Shown: piece after piece, positions 51,177 to 60,596 of the stretch
Numbering within the stretch: position 1 is the first letter of the stretch
Layout of the letters: each line of letters starts with the position of its first letter
Origin: Deltaproteobacteria bacterium
GTDB lineage: Bacteria > Myxococcota_A > Polyangia > Polyangiales > Houyiibacteriaceae
Length of the DNA: 64,000 nt
Direction: 5' to 3'
Assembly: GCA_034670305.1 (NCBI GenBank)
Contig: JAXMNT010000013.1
Coordinates: forward strand, 32,001 to 96,000
Position numbers and translations under genes: made by a program
Notes under the pieces: model-generated
Told to the model about the DNA's origin: nothing
The model's database searches: none
What the model saw: only the letters and a program-made list of their open reading frames with translations

Positions 51177-51488
51177 CTACCGACTGAGCCGATACAGCAT
51201 CGCGCAGACCTCATCGCAGCGCTGCACCACCTCCTCGCCAACCTCGGCATACCCAAACAGCCGCACCAACCGAAGCGCCGCCTTCAACTCGCTGGCCTCA
51301 CCATACGCGATGGAGAATCGATCGACGCTCCGCTTGCCCCGCGCGTTCTGCGCTTCCGCGCAGTTCAGACAGACGGACTGCGCCGCCCGCCGCATCTGCT
51401 CACCCAGCGAACGGTCCTTGCGAGAAACAGCCGCCATCACCCCGCGCAACTCGCCAACGAGAACAAAAGAAGTTTCGAGAACAATCAT
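51177..51488 (-). CDS. Four-helix-bundle protein (23S rRNA-IVP/bAvd-like family), 103 aa
   Basis: GGAGG-5nt-ATG; LGEQMRRAAQSVCLNCAEA..F.IAYGEASEL..ML..L signature. Confidence 0.88.
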   Translation of the reverse strand: MIVLETSFVLVGELRGVMAAVSRKDRSLGEQMRRAAQSVCLNCAEAQNARGKRSVDRFSIAYGEASELKAALRLVRLFGYAEVGEEVVQRCDEVCAMLYRLSR

Positions 51489-51524
51489 CAGAGCCTCCAA
51501 CGCGCCACACACCAGAGCGACATT

Positions 51525-51660
51525 GCTCGGCGGCGCACCCCGTGCGCCCCCGGTGGAGAGCGCAGGGCGGGTCAAGGGCGAAGCCAGCCTTCCGAAGGCT
51601 GGGGCCGAAGGCACCCTTGACGCGACCGAGCACTCCGCCACGATGAAATTGCCGCCGAGC
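51525..51660. promoter_or_regulatory. Long fold-back with embedded -35/-10; candidate ssDNA (Frpo-type) promoter
   Basis: GCTCGGCGGC/GCCGCCGAGC base stem; GTCAAGGG/CCCTTGAC; TTGACG-16nt-CACGAT in the distal arm; GAA-loop mini-hairpins at the apex. Confidence 0.6.
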
Positions 51661-51761
51661 CAGAGCCCCACCCAGGCCACTCCAAGTCCGAAGGACGCAG
51701 GAGCCGACTTCCGAAGGAGAGGCTACAAACCGTGCGACTCCGAAGGAGAGCATGGGCTGGG

Positions 51762-51932
51762 AGCTGTTGCTGCCCCTGCCGCTGCCGCTGTCTCTGCCGC
51801 TGTCTCTGCCGCTGTCTCTGCCGCTGTCTCTGCAGCTGTCTCTGCCGCTGTCTCTGCGGCTGTCTCTGCCGGTGTCCCTGTCACTGCCGCTGCCGCTGCG
51901 ACTGCCACTGCGACTGCCACTGTCGCTGCCAC
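51762..51932. repeat. 12/6-periodic repeat (GCTGTCTCTGCC)n
   Basis: Directly visible. Confidence 0.92.
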
Positions 51933-52189
51933 TCTCAGGAGGGCTCGCCCCGCCCGCCTACATCCCATGCGGAAACGACGGGTCGCCCACCACCAGCGAT
52001 ATGTACGCCGCCAAGTCGTCGCAGGAACCGAGTCGTGGTCGCCCGGACTCGATGTGGCGGGCCACGCGACGCAACCACGCTTCGCTGTTCTCCGGGATTC
52101 CGAACAGGGTCTGCTTCACGGTTGGCCCTGCCCGTGTAGATTCTCGACCACGCGGAAGTCTATCCCGGGAAGCCAGCCGCAGAAGAACC

Positions 52190-52340
52190 CGCGGCAGAAA
52201 CGGCGACAACTTCAGCGGCAGAAACAGAAACAGAAACAGCCGCAGTGGCAGCGACAGTGTCAGAAGCAGTGGCAGAAGCAGTGGCAGAAGCAGTGGCAGC
52301 CACAGCCGCAGAAACAGCTGCTGCACCCAGCGACAGCTAC
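52190..52340. repeat. Period-6/12 repeat (GGCAGAAGCAGT/GAAACA), inverted relative to the 51762 tract
   Basis: Directly visible. Confidence 0.88.
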
Positions 52341-52891
52341 AACTCATCCTCTCCTTCGAATGCCTCCGGCTCCGGCTCCGGCACTTCCGGTTCCACCGCC
52401 GTCTCGAGCAGCGCCTTCACCTCGCCGAAGCGTTCGTTGGGCACCGTGATCGCGAGGTTGTACTGTACGATTTGCCAGCGGCCGTCCTGCCACCGGAGCA
52501 CGCCGCTGCCGCGCGCCGGACCGAGGCCCTCGGTGTCGAGATCTTCGTCGAACCAAGCGAGCGCGCCTTCGACGACGATGTCGCGCCGGGCAGGATGAAA
52601 CGTCCAGGCGCGGCCCCGTTCGAAGTGCGGGTGCGCGTAGGTTTGGAACGCGGTCTTGCTCCAACGCTCCGTCGCGTCGGTGCCGAGGAAGATCGAGTCC
52701 TCGCTCAGGTGGCCGAAGTAGCGGGCTTCGTCCGCGTGGGCGGCGGCGTCGTGCCAGTCGTCGAGGACGCGCGCGATGGCCGCGGACGCGTCGCCGGGTG
52801 GGGGCGCTGCTGCTGCGCCTGGCCCGACGCCCCCAGTGGCGGCACCGCAGGCGGCGAGGAGCGCGAAGACGAGGAGGCGGGGGGAGATCAT
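52337..52891 (-). CDS. SnoaL/NTF2-like lipoprotein
   Basis: Lipobox LAAC; LDDWHDAAA, FLGTDATERW, AWFDE, RGSGVL. Confidence 0.88.
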   Translation of the reverse strand: MISPRLLVFALLAACGAATGGVGPGAAAAPPPGDASAAIARVLDDWHDAAAHADEARYFGHLSEDSIFLGTDATERWSKTAFQTYAHPHFERGRAWTFHPARRDIVVEGALAWFDEDLDTEGLGPARGSGVLRWQDGRWQIVQYNLAITVPNERFGEVKALLETAVEPEVPEPEPEAFEGEDEL

Positions 52892-52954
52892 GGAGCCGGG
52901 CTACGATCGGCTGGGGTGGGCCGCTACCCGATTCGAACGAGCCCGATGCGAGAG

Positions 52955-53232
52955 AGTCAGCGGCAGAAGCGACGGCCACAGAATCAGCGACAGCGGACAG
53001 AACCCGCAGCAGAGTCAGGATCAGCGGCAGCGACAGCAGCAGAATCAGCGGCAGCGACAGCCACAGAATCAGCGGCACGACAGCCACAGAATCAGCGGCA
53101 GCGGCAGTCACAGAATCAGCGGCAGTCACAGAATCAGCGGCAGTCACAGAATCAGCGGCAGCGACAGAGTCAGCGGCAGCGGCAGTCACAGAATCAGCTG
53201 CAGAGGCCAGCTGCAGAGGCCAGCGGCAGGCG
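52955..53232. repeat. Degenerate 18/6-periodic repeat with about ten AGA(A/G)TCAG cores
   Basis: GTCACAGAATCAGCGGCA units visible. Confidence 0.9.
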
Positions 53233-53233
53233 G

Positions 53234-54436
53234 CTAGATCAAGATCACGTTGCAGGGGAACTCCGCTTCGAGCGTCACGCCCGGCGTGTTCTGCAGCCGT
53301 TCGCAGGATTCTCCGCGGAGCTCGATGTGGCTCTCGTCGACGGGGACCCAGCCGTTCTCCTCGTCGCACGGCGGGACCTCGTCACCGTTGAGGCGGACTT
53401 CGCCTTCGCAGGCTTCGTCGGGGTTCACGCGGCCCATCAACTCGACGACGCAGGAGAGTTCCCCGCCGATGATGTCGCCGAGCGCCGCGCGCAATCCGTC
53501 GTCGTCGCCGGCGACCCAGAACTCGGCGTCGGGATCCCCGCCGCGTCGCCCGAGGCCGGCGTTGGCGACGTCTTGCAGATGCTCCGAGCTGATCGTGCCT
53601 TCGCCCACGCTGATGATGAACGTGCGGATGCCGGCCAGGTACGCGCGGCCCACCGCGGCGATGGCTTCTTCTTGACCCTCCTGCGGGTTCGCTTGTTCGC
53701 AGGTGTCCGGCTCTCCGTCGGTCGCCAGGATGAAGATGGTCGGGTCTTCGCTCGGATCCGGAATCGATCCGATCCAGTCCAGAATGAAGTCGACCGAGTC
53801 GCCGGTGGGTGTCTCGTCGATCGGATCCTCGTCCGAGTAGACCGCATCGATCGCGTCGAAGTTGGAGAGCGCCGGGTCGACCAGGGTCACGAGCGGGCAC
53901 ATGCCCATGGCCGGTCCGCGCGGCTCAGAGGAGCGCGCACTGTAGAGCGCGAGGCCGAACCGAACGGTGTCTTCGAGTTCGCGGACCAAACCCGTGTCGT
54001 CCATCAACGAGTTGCGCAGGCCGCGCCAGCGGTCGGCCGCGCCCGGGAAGTCGGCGGTCATGCTGCCGCTCTGGTCGACGATGAGGATGACGTTCGGGGT
54101 CACCCGGCGGGCTTCGATGCGGACGGACGCACACATGTCGGGCGCGTCGCCGTTCGGGGCATCCACCCGGGGCCGGGCATCGCCTTCGATCGCGACGCAC
54201 TCACCCTCGGCGGTGCACGCTTCGGAATCCGAGCAGCCCGCGTGGGTCACCGGATCGCAGTCCGCCGCGCATCGATCGCTCGAGTTGCAATAGAGCCCGC
54301 CCGGGCACGGACGGTCCGCGCACGCACGCCCACACGCCACGTTGGGCTCCTCGCCTGCGCAGGCGCCCGCGCTCGGGCCGCCGCTGCAGTCACAGGCTGC
54401 AACCAAGATCGCACCGAGCAGTAGAATGGGTCGCAT
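53234..54436 (-). CDS. VWA-domain Cys-rich lipoprotein (CglB-like)
   Basis: Lipobox VAAC; MIDAS DQSGS, TPT, LATDGEP. Confidence 0.85.
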   Translation of the reverse strand: MRPILLLGAILVAACDCSGGPSAGACAGEEPNVACGRACADRPCPGGLYCNSSDRCAADCDPVTHAGCSDSEACTAEGECVAIEGDARPRVDAPNGDAPDMCASVRIEARRVTPNVILIVDQSGSMTADFPGAADRWRGLRNSLMDDTGLVRELEDTVRFGLALYSARSSEPRGPAMGMCPLVTLVDPALSNFDAIDAVYSDEDPIDETPTGDSVDFILDWIGSIPDPSEDPTIFILATDGEPDTCEQANPQEGQEEAIAAVGRAYLAGIRTFIISVGEGTISSEHLQDVANAGLGRRGGDPDAEFWVAGDDDGLRAALGDIIGGELSCVVELMGRVNPDEACEGEVRLNGDEVPPCDEENGWVPVDESHIELRGESCERLQNTPGVTLEAEFPCNVILI

Positions 54437-56821
54437 GTGGCAAGTATAGCGCGTCCGTGGCTGGTACTGTCGGGATCCCCCCCGCACGCCCGCGCTGCCC
54501 CGACCTTGCTTCCTTTCGCCCGTTCTTGTGCTCTGCTGCTCGCCTCCTGGCTGATGGGATCGGCGGCCTCGGCGCAGCCGATCCCGGTCGAGCGCCACCC
54601 CTCGCGGGCCGCTGCGCCAGATGCGGCGCCGGAAGCCCGGAGGAATGCAGAAGATCCGGATGCAGAAGATCCGGATGCAGAACATGCGGCGGATGCGTTT
54701 GGGGCCACCGCCCGGGTCGGATTCGAAGACGAGGACGAGGGGGGCGACGCCTCGTCCCAAGTGACGCGGGCGGAGCTGGACGAGCGCATCCCTCGGTCCA
54801 CGCCCGACGCGCTGCGGTTCGAGCCTGGCGTCGCGGTTCAACAGACGGCCCACGGCCAGGCGAGCGTCTACGTGCGGGGGCTCACCGGACAGCAGGTGGT
54901 GCACGTGTTCGACGGGGTGCGGCTCAACAACGGCATCTACCGACAGGGGCCGAACCAGTACTTCTTTACCGTCGACCAGCGCACGGTGGGGGCGTTCGAG
55001 GTGGTCCGCGGCAGCGCGTCGGTGCGGCATGGATCCGACGCGCTCGGAGGTGCGCTGCTCGCCACGCCCCTCTCCCCGCTCCTCGAAGAAGGGCTGCATG
55101 GAGTCCGCGCGATCCCGCGTCTCGTGCTGCAGTATGGAAGCGCGGACCGGGAGCTCGGCGGCCGCGCGCAACTCGAGCTGCGTCTTGGAGAGCACACCTC
55201 GGTGCTGGTCGGAGGTGGCTACCGAGACGTCGACCAACTCCGCACCGGGGGTGTGGTCGGGCACCGAACGCCGCCGCGCGAAGTCGGGGATCGCGGAGAC
55301 GTGGCGCCCTGGACGCCCCGGTTCGAAGAGGAGCTGCGGCACCCCGACGACCCCTCGAAGTGGCGCACGCAGCTCGGCACCGGGTTCCGCGAGGCGACCT
55401 TCGACATGCGTTTCGTACACCGGTTCGCACCGACGCTCACGCTCACGGCGGCCACCTATGGCTACCGCCAGTTCGACGCGCCCCGGACCGACCAGTGTCC
55501 TCCGCCCGAAGCCCCACTCGACGAGTGTCTGACCGTCGACAAGCAGTTCCGAACATTGACCTACGTCAGCCTGACCGGCGACGCCGGTCCGCTTCGAGAC
55601 CTTCGACTCACCGCCAGCTTTCAACGGCACGACGAGACCCGGGTTCGGGATCGACCACGGTCCCGCGTCGTGTCCCGTGAACGGGATCGGCTCGACACCC
55701 TCGGGATCTCCTTCGACGCGCGGACGCCGGTCGCGCAGCTCGGTCCGGCTGCGGTGCGGGGCCGGTTCGGGTTCGATGCGTACCGGGACCAGCTGACCAT
55801 CAGCAACGCGACGCGCACCTTCACCGACCTCGAGGTCACGACCGAACTCTCGCGCGGGCGTTACCTCGAAGGTTCGCACCACCTGCTCGTCGGGGTCTGG
55901 GCCGAACTCGAGGTCCAGCCAGCGTCCTGGGTCACCCTCCGGAGTGGCGCCCGCGTGGCCGGCGTGAGCGTGGGCGCGCCGCCGGATCCGGCGTCGGGCA
56001 GCCCGTCCGTCGACCGCAACTTTGGTGCGGTCGTCGGGCGTGGATCGCTGACGTTTCGGCCGCACGACGCGCTGCGGCTCCATGTCAACGTCGACCAAGG
56101 GTTTCGCGCACCCAACCTGGACGACCTGACGTCCAGGCAACAGGTGGGTCCCGGCTTTCAACTGGACAACCCGGGGCTCGAACCCGAGCGCACGCTGACG
56201 ACCGAAGTCGGTGTGCGGGTGCTGCACCCGGTGGTGCGGTTCGACGTGTGGGCGTTCGCCACGACCATCGACCGAGGCATCCAGCGCGCGATTCGGGAAG
56301 GCGCGGTGTGTCCGCCGGAGACGCCTGGATGCGCGAGTTCGCGGACCACCTTCCAGCTCGTGAACGCCACCGAGCGCTCCGTGCTGCTCGGCATGGAGGG
56401 CGGTCTCACGTTGGCGCTGCCGCGGGATGTTCGGGTGCGGGCCACCGCGAGCTACGCCTACGGCCAGGGGCCGGACCTCAACGGTGGCCCCGAACGGCGT
56501 CCGCTCTCTCGCGTGCCTCCCCTTCAGGGAACACTCCAGCTGCGCTGGCGTCACCGCGCGACCGGACTCAGCCTTGGAGGCGCGCTGCGATGGTCCGACG
56601 CGCAGGGGCGCCTGGCCGTCGCCGACGCGAGCGACCCCCGCATTCCACTCGGCGGCACGCCGGGCTATGCGGTCATCGACCTGCGCGCGGGCTGGCGGTT
56701 CCGCAACGACCTCGCTCTGAGCCTCGTCTTCGAGAACGTCGCGGACGCCGCCTACCGCATCCACGGAAGCAGCATCAATGGTCCTGGCCGCGGGGTGATG
56801 CTCTGGCTGCGCGCGGGCTGA
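54437..56821 (+). CDS. TonB-dependent receptor
   Basis: Plug motif VYVRGL..DGVRLN..EVVRGSASV.HGSDALGG; GFRAPN, LEPE, ENVAD; start uncertain. Confidence 0.92.
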   Translation: MASIARPWLVLSGSPPHARAAPTLLPFARSCALLLASWLMGSAASAQPIPVERHPSRAAAPDAAPEARRNAEDPDAEDPDAEHAADAFGATARVGFEDEDEGGDASSQVTRAELDERIPRSTPDALRFEPGVAVQQTAHGQASVYVRGLTGQQVVHVFDGVRLNNGIYRQGPNQYFFTVDQRTVGAFEVVRGSASVRHGSDALGGALLATPLSPLLEEGLHGVRAIPRLVLQYGSADRELGGRAQLELRLGEHTSVLVGGGYRDVDQLRTGGVVGHRTPPREVGDRGDVAPWTPRFEEELRHPDDPSKWRTQLGTGFREATFDMRFVHRFAPTLTLTAATYGYRQFDAPRTDQCPPPEAPLDECLTVDKQFRTLTYVSLTGDAGPLRDLRLTASFQRHDETRVRDRPRSRVVSRERDRLDTLGISFDARTPVAQLGPAAVRGRFGFDAYRDQLTISNATRTFTDLEVTTELSRGRYLEGSHHLLVGVWAELEVQPASWVTLRSGARVAGVSVGAPPDPASGSPSVDRNFGAVVGRGSLTFRPHDALRLHVNVDQGFRAPNLDDLTSRQQVGPGFQLDNPGLEPERTLTTEVGVRVLHPVVRFDVWAFATTIDRGIQRAIREGAVCPPETPGCASSRTTFQLVNATERSVLLGMEGGLTLALPRDVRVRATASYAYGQGPDLNGGPERRPLSRVPPLQGTLQLRWRHRATGLSLGGALRWSDAQGRLAVADASDPRIPLGGTPGYAVIDLRAGWRFRNDLALSLVFENVADAAYRIHGSSINGPGRGVMLWLRAG

Positions 56822-56959
56822 GGGGTCTCCTCGAGGTGGGTCACGTGGGCGCTCGGCTCTCCAACCAGCGGAAGCTGCGTGGAACCTACGCCGAGACTTG
56901 CAGCCATCCACTTCCGTCATGGGGTTGCCCGGCGGCGCATGTGGGGCAACAACCTCGAG

Positions 56960-57817
56960 GTGAGTACGTTCGACGAACTGGTGGGGCGGCTGCCTCGGCC
57001 CGAGGAGGTGGACGCGGCGGTGCACCCGCGGGTGCTGACCTTGCCGGCGGACGACGGGGATGCGTTCGACTTCGCGTTCGTCGCGTGGCGTGATCCGGGC
57101 GGCGCCAAAGCGCTGCACGAAGCGCTCGGCCCAATCGTGGAAGCGACACTCCTCGCCGAACTCTCCAACCCGGAACCGGGCCCGGAGCGATTGAACGCGC
57201 TGCACTTCGTCTCGGTCGAACCCATCGACGAACTGCAACGGGCACTGCAGGCGTTCGGGTTCGTGCGGAGCGAGCCGTCGAGCGAACTGGCCGCATGCAT
57301 CCGCGGCGAAGCCTCCGCCTGTGGGCTGGCGGTGCCGGACGCGTTCGGGAGTGTCTGGACTGCGACCGTGGGTGGTGTCGATGCGTCCGCCATCACCGAG
57401 GAGTTGGCCAAGTTCGAGTGGCCGGCGTTCGGGGTGCAACCGGGCGCGCTGGCGCGGCTGCTCGGCACGACGATCGACGCGCCGCCGACGCCGCTCGGGC
57501 TCGACCAGGTGGAAGCAAAACTCGTCGACCGCACGCCCGGTGTGGTTCGGTGGATCGAGCCCCGGGCGTTCCTCGCGCTCTGCGACTTCGTCGCGGTGGT
57601 GTTGGCGCGGGCGTTCGAGAAGACCGTGCAATGGGCGCCAAGCGACACCGACGAAGACGGGTTCGTCTCTCCGCCGCTCGTGCGGATGAAGGGAACCGAG
57701 GGTTGGGTGCACCTGCCGCTCGGCCTGCACGTGCTGCGCTGGTGCGTGATGCCGCTCTTGCCGGGCGAAGAGGTCCCTCCGCTGAGCCACTGGGCCGAAG
57801 ATCAAAGCCGGGTCTAG
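56960..57817 (+). CDS. Hypothetical protein
   Basis: Long ORF with coding-like composition; start uncertain. Confidence 0.65.
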   Translation: MSTFDELVGRLPRPEEVDAAVHPRVLTLPADDGDAFDFAFVAWRDPGGAKALHEALGPIVEATLLAELSNPEPGPERLNALHFVSVEPIDELQRALQAFGFVRSEPSSELAACIRGEASACGLAVPDAFGSVWTATVGGVDASAITEELAKFEWPAFGVQPGALARLLGTTIDAPPTPLGLDQVEAKLVDRTPGVVRWIEPRAFLALCDFVAVVLARAFEKTVQWAPSDTDEDGFVSPPLVRMKGTEGWVHLPLGLHVLRWCVMPLLPGEEVPPLSHWAEDQSRV

Positions 57818-57868
57818 GAGTCTGCGGGTCGGGATCGCTTGGGGTCGCAAGCGCGCTATGCTCCCGCT

Positions 57869-58090
57869 GTGTCGTACGACTTCGTTCCCGATGTGCGCGA
57901 TGGATTGACGCGGGCCGAGCGGGTGATCCTCTGGCAGCTCCACGAACTGCAGAAGGAACTGGGGGGTGAGGAGGGGTTTGCCGAAGCGCGGCACGTGCCC
58001 ACCGCCATGCTCTACGGCCGCGTCGTCGAACACGTGAACCTCTCGGTGCAAGCGTTTCAGCGCATCCTCCAGCGACTGACCGGGCATTGA
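57869..58090 (+). CDS. Small protein resembling the GyrA/ParC N-terminal segment
   Basis: VPDVRDGLTRAERVILWQLHEL; stop overlaps next start. Confidence 0.65.
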   Translation: MSYDFVPDVRDGLTRAERVILWQLHELQKELGGEEGFAEARHVPTAMLYGRVVEHVNLSVQAFQRILQRLTGH

Positions 58091-58866
58091 GCGATCGCGC
58101 GACGTGTTGTGCGCAGTGTCGCTGGGTCGGGCACGGCTCGGGGTGCCCGTTCGATCCCGAACATCAGGTGTTCGACGTCGACGACCCCCATCTGCTCGAA
58201 CGGGTCTGGTCGGCGAAGCCCACGGACATGCCCATCTGGTCGGTGGTCGTGCTCTGTGGGGTGATGGCGTTGTTCGGAGCCGTGGCGAGGCATCCGATCG
58301 CGATCGTGGCGATCTACGTCGGGGCGCTCGTGCTGCTGGTGGTGGCGATTCGAGCGCGGCGACGCGGGGTCCTGCGCCCGGCCGCTGCGTTGCCCACACG
58401 AACCGACGACGACCAGCGCCTCACGGGCGTCGCGTCGGGAGACCCGAGCACGATCGGGCCGTTTCTGGGCGCGTTGGCGGGGCTCGTGGTGTTCGAATCC
58501 GAAGCTGGCGTCACCATGGTTCACGGCACGACACCGAACGGGTTTTGCGTCGATGGGCCCGACGGGGCGGCCGTGGCCGTTCCGCCGGGTCCGGTCTGGA
58601 TCGACGGTGGCGAACGGCATCTGCTCTCCCAGGCAGAGATCGCGGACATCCGAAGCTCGCTCGAGCCCACGGCCCGCTTGGGCACAGGTCTGCCGGCGCG
58701 CCGAGGGTTCTGCCGTCTCATCCGGCCAGGCGACACGATCGAGGTCCACGGAACACTCGAACGTGTCCCGACCCAGGATGACAAGGCGTATCGGGAGAAC
58801 GCCGGTGGCGCGCGGGAACCGGTCGAGTCCGTGGTGCGGCTGCGGATCGTGTCGCTCCGGCCCTGA
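58087..58866 (+). CDS. Hypothetical membrane protein
   Basis: N-terminal CxxC..C, two TM, IRPGDTIEVHG..AYRE. Confidence 0.6.
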   Translation: MSDRATCCAQCRWVGHGSGCPFDPEHQVFDVDDPHLLERVWSAKPTDMPIWSVVVLCGVMALFGAVARHPIAIVAIYVGALVLLVVAIRARRRGVLRPAAALPTRTDDDQRLTGVASGDPSTIGPFLGALAGLVVFESEAGVTMVHGTTPNGFCVDGPDGAAVAVPPGPVWIDGGERHLLSQAEIADIRSSLEPTARLGTGLPARRGFCRLIRPGDTIEVHGTLERVPTQDDKAYRENAGGAREPVESVVRLRIVSLRP

Positions 58867-58947
58867 CGAAGGGCCGCTTGCACGCGGGTGGACTGGTTGC
58901 AGACCCTGTGTCTTGTTCGAGTCGGGAGAACGGATAGACTCGCGCGC

Positions 58948-59859
58948 ATGTCTCAGCGCGCCGCTTCCTTGCTGCTTGTCACGTTCCTCCTCGCCTGCGG
59001 CGACTCGTCCGCCGACGTGGACGCTGGCGACGGGGTCGACGCCGCCACGGACACCGGCGGCTCGGTGGATGCGGACGATGGCGTCGACGCGCCGAGACCG
59101 CCTCCGTTCGTGGGACCCACCGGCGGCACAGACGGCTGCGGAGAAGCGGCACCCGAAGCCGGCACGTTCATGATCGACGTGGCCGGCGAGACCCGGGAGT
59201 ACATCCTGGCGTACTCGGGCGACTACGACGCGAGCACCCCCGTCCCGCTCATCTTCGCGTTCCATGGACTCGGCGACTCGGCGACCAACTTCCGGAACCT
59301 GCGGTTCGAGGACGTCTCCGGCGGCATCACCGTGTACCTGAACGGCACGCCGCAGGAGTCGCTGGCCAACGCGCGCGGCTGGGTGCTCGATGTCGCCGGC
59401 AAGGACGTCGACTTGTTCGACGCGGTGCTGGCCGAGATCAGCGCGTCGATGTGTGTCGACCGCGCGCGGGTCTTCTCGACTGGCTTCAGCTACGGCGGCT
59501 TCTTCACCAACGTGCTCGGCTGCGCCCGCGGCGATCTCATCCGCGCGGTGGCGCCGGTCTCCGGCGGCGGCAACGCCAGCGGATGCGTCGGCCAGGCGGC
59601 CGTGGTCGCCATTCACGGCACCTCCGACACGGTCGTGCCTTCCACCGTCGGACGCGGCGGCTTCACCCGCTGGCTCTTCCGCAACGGGTGCAGCGGGGAG
59701 AGCGAGCCGGACGGCGAGCGCTGCCGGCGCAACCTGAACTGCGACGACGGCTACCCGGCGATGTGGTGCGAACACGACGGAGACCATGTGTACCCGCCGT
59801 GGGTCCGCGGCGAGATCTGGCGCTTCTTCGAAGCCCTCCCCGAGAACCCGGGCACCTGA
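58948..59859 (+). CDS. PHB-depolymerase/LpqC-like esterase lipoprotein
   Basis: Lipobox LLAC; FHG, GFSYGG, IHGTSD, DHVYP. Confidence 0.88.
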   Translation: MSQRAASLLLVTFLLACGDSSADVDAGDGVDAATDTGGSVDADDGVDAPRPPPFVGPTGGTDGCGEAAPEAGTFMIDVAGETREYILAYSGDYDASTPVPLIFAFHGLGDSATNFRNLRFEDVSGGITVYLNGTPQESLANARGWVLDVAGKDVDLFDAVLAEISASMCVDRARVFSTGFSYGGFFTNVLGCARGDLIRAVAPVSGGGNASGCVGQAAVVAIHGTSDTVVPSTVGRGGFTRWLFRNGCSGESEPDGERCRRNLNCDDGYPAMWCEHDGDHVYPPWVRGEIWRFFEALPENPGT

Positions 59860-59956
59860 ACGGCGGGGCCAGCGTCCCCATGCCCGGTGAACGCGAACGC
59901 CCGGATCGGCCGTCTGGTCAGACGACCCATCAGATGTCGTCCGATCGGATCTCCGG

Positions 59957-60565
59957 TCAGCCACCGCCGAGTTCGGCTTCTTTGGCCGTCGCGCGCTTGA
60001 ACGCTGGGCGGCTGGTACAGCGCTCCACGTACGCCGCGATCGGACCCTCGTTCGGCTCGATGCCGAACAGCACGCCCCACCGCAAGGTCGATCCCATCAT
60101 CACGTCGGCGGCGGTGAACTGGTCGCCGGCCAAGTATTCGGTCGCATCCACGGCGGCGCGCGCGGTCGCCATCGCATCGGCCAGGCTTCCCCAGGCCAGC
60201 CGACTGCTCGACTCCTTCCAATCGAAGAAGTGTTCGCAGTACGCCGGCTCGAGCACGCCCACCGAGTAGAAGAGCCAACGCAGGTAGGCCGCGCGGTGCG
60301 GACTGTCGAACGCGGGTGCCAGCGTGCCCATCGCGTACTTGTCCGCGAGGTAACAACAGATGGCGGCCCGCTCGCTGATCGGCACCCCGTCATCCACGAC
60401 GACCGGCACTTTTCCAAGTCCGTTGAGCGCCATGTGGGGGTCGGCTTTGTGTTCGGCCTTCTCCATGTCGAGCAGGTGGATCTCATAGGGCCGGCCGAGC
60501 TCTTCGAGCATCCACAGTCCCACGAACGAACGGGTCTTCACCGCATGGTGCAACGTCAATGTCAT
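59957..60565 (-). CDS. Glutathione S-transferase
   Basis: WMLEELG, NGLGKVP, SERAAIC.YLAD, FTAADV. Confidence 0.93.
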   Translation of the reverse strand: MTLTLHHAVKTRSFVGLWMLEELGRPYEIHLLDMEKAEHKADPHMALNGLGKVPVVVDDGVPISERAAICCYLADKYAMGTLAPAFDSPHRAAYLRWLFYSVGVLEPAYCEHFFDWKESSSRLAWGSLADAMATARAAVDATEYLAGDQFTAADVMMGSTLRWGVLFGIEPNEGPIAAYVERCTSRPAFKRATAKEAELGGG

Positions 60566-60596
60566 GCCGCGAACCCTAGCCCACGGGTGTGACACT

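Noticed and set aside
51177-51488. Diversity-generating retroelement or 23S rRNA intervening sequence suggested by the bAvd/IVP-like fold
   Set aside because: No reverse transcriptase, TR/VR pair or rRNA sequence in the window
52955-53232. CRISPR array
   Set aside because: Units are short, degenerate and contiguous with no unique spacers; no cas genes
54437-58399. 1721-aa minus-strand ORF
   Set aside because: Only the last ~400 aa (VWA lipoprotein) look real; the rest is antisense to the TonB receptor and its neighbours
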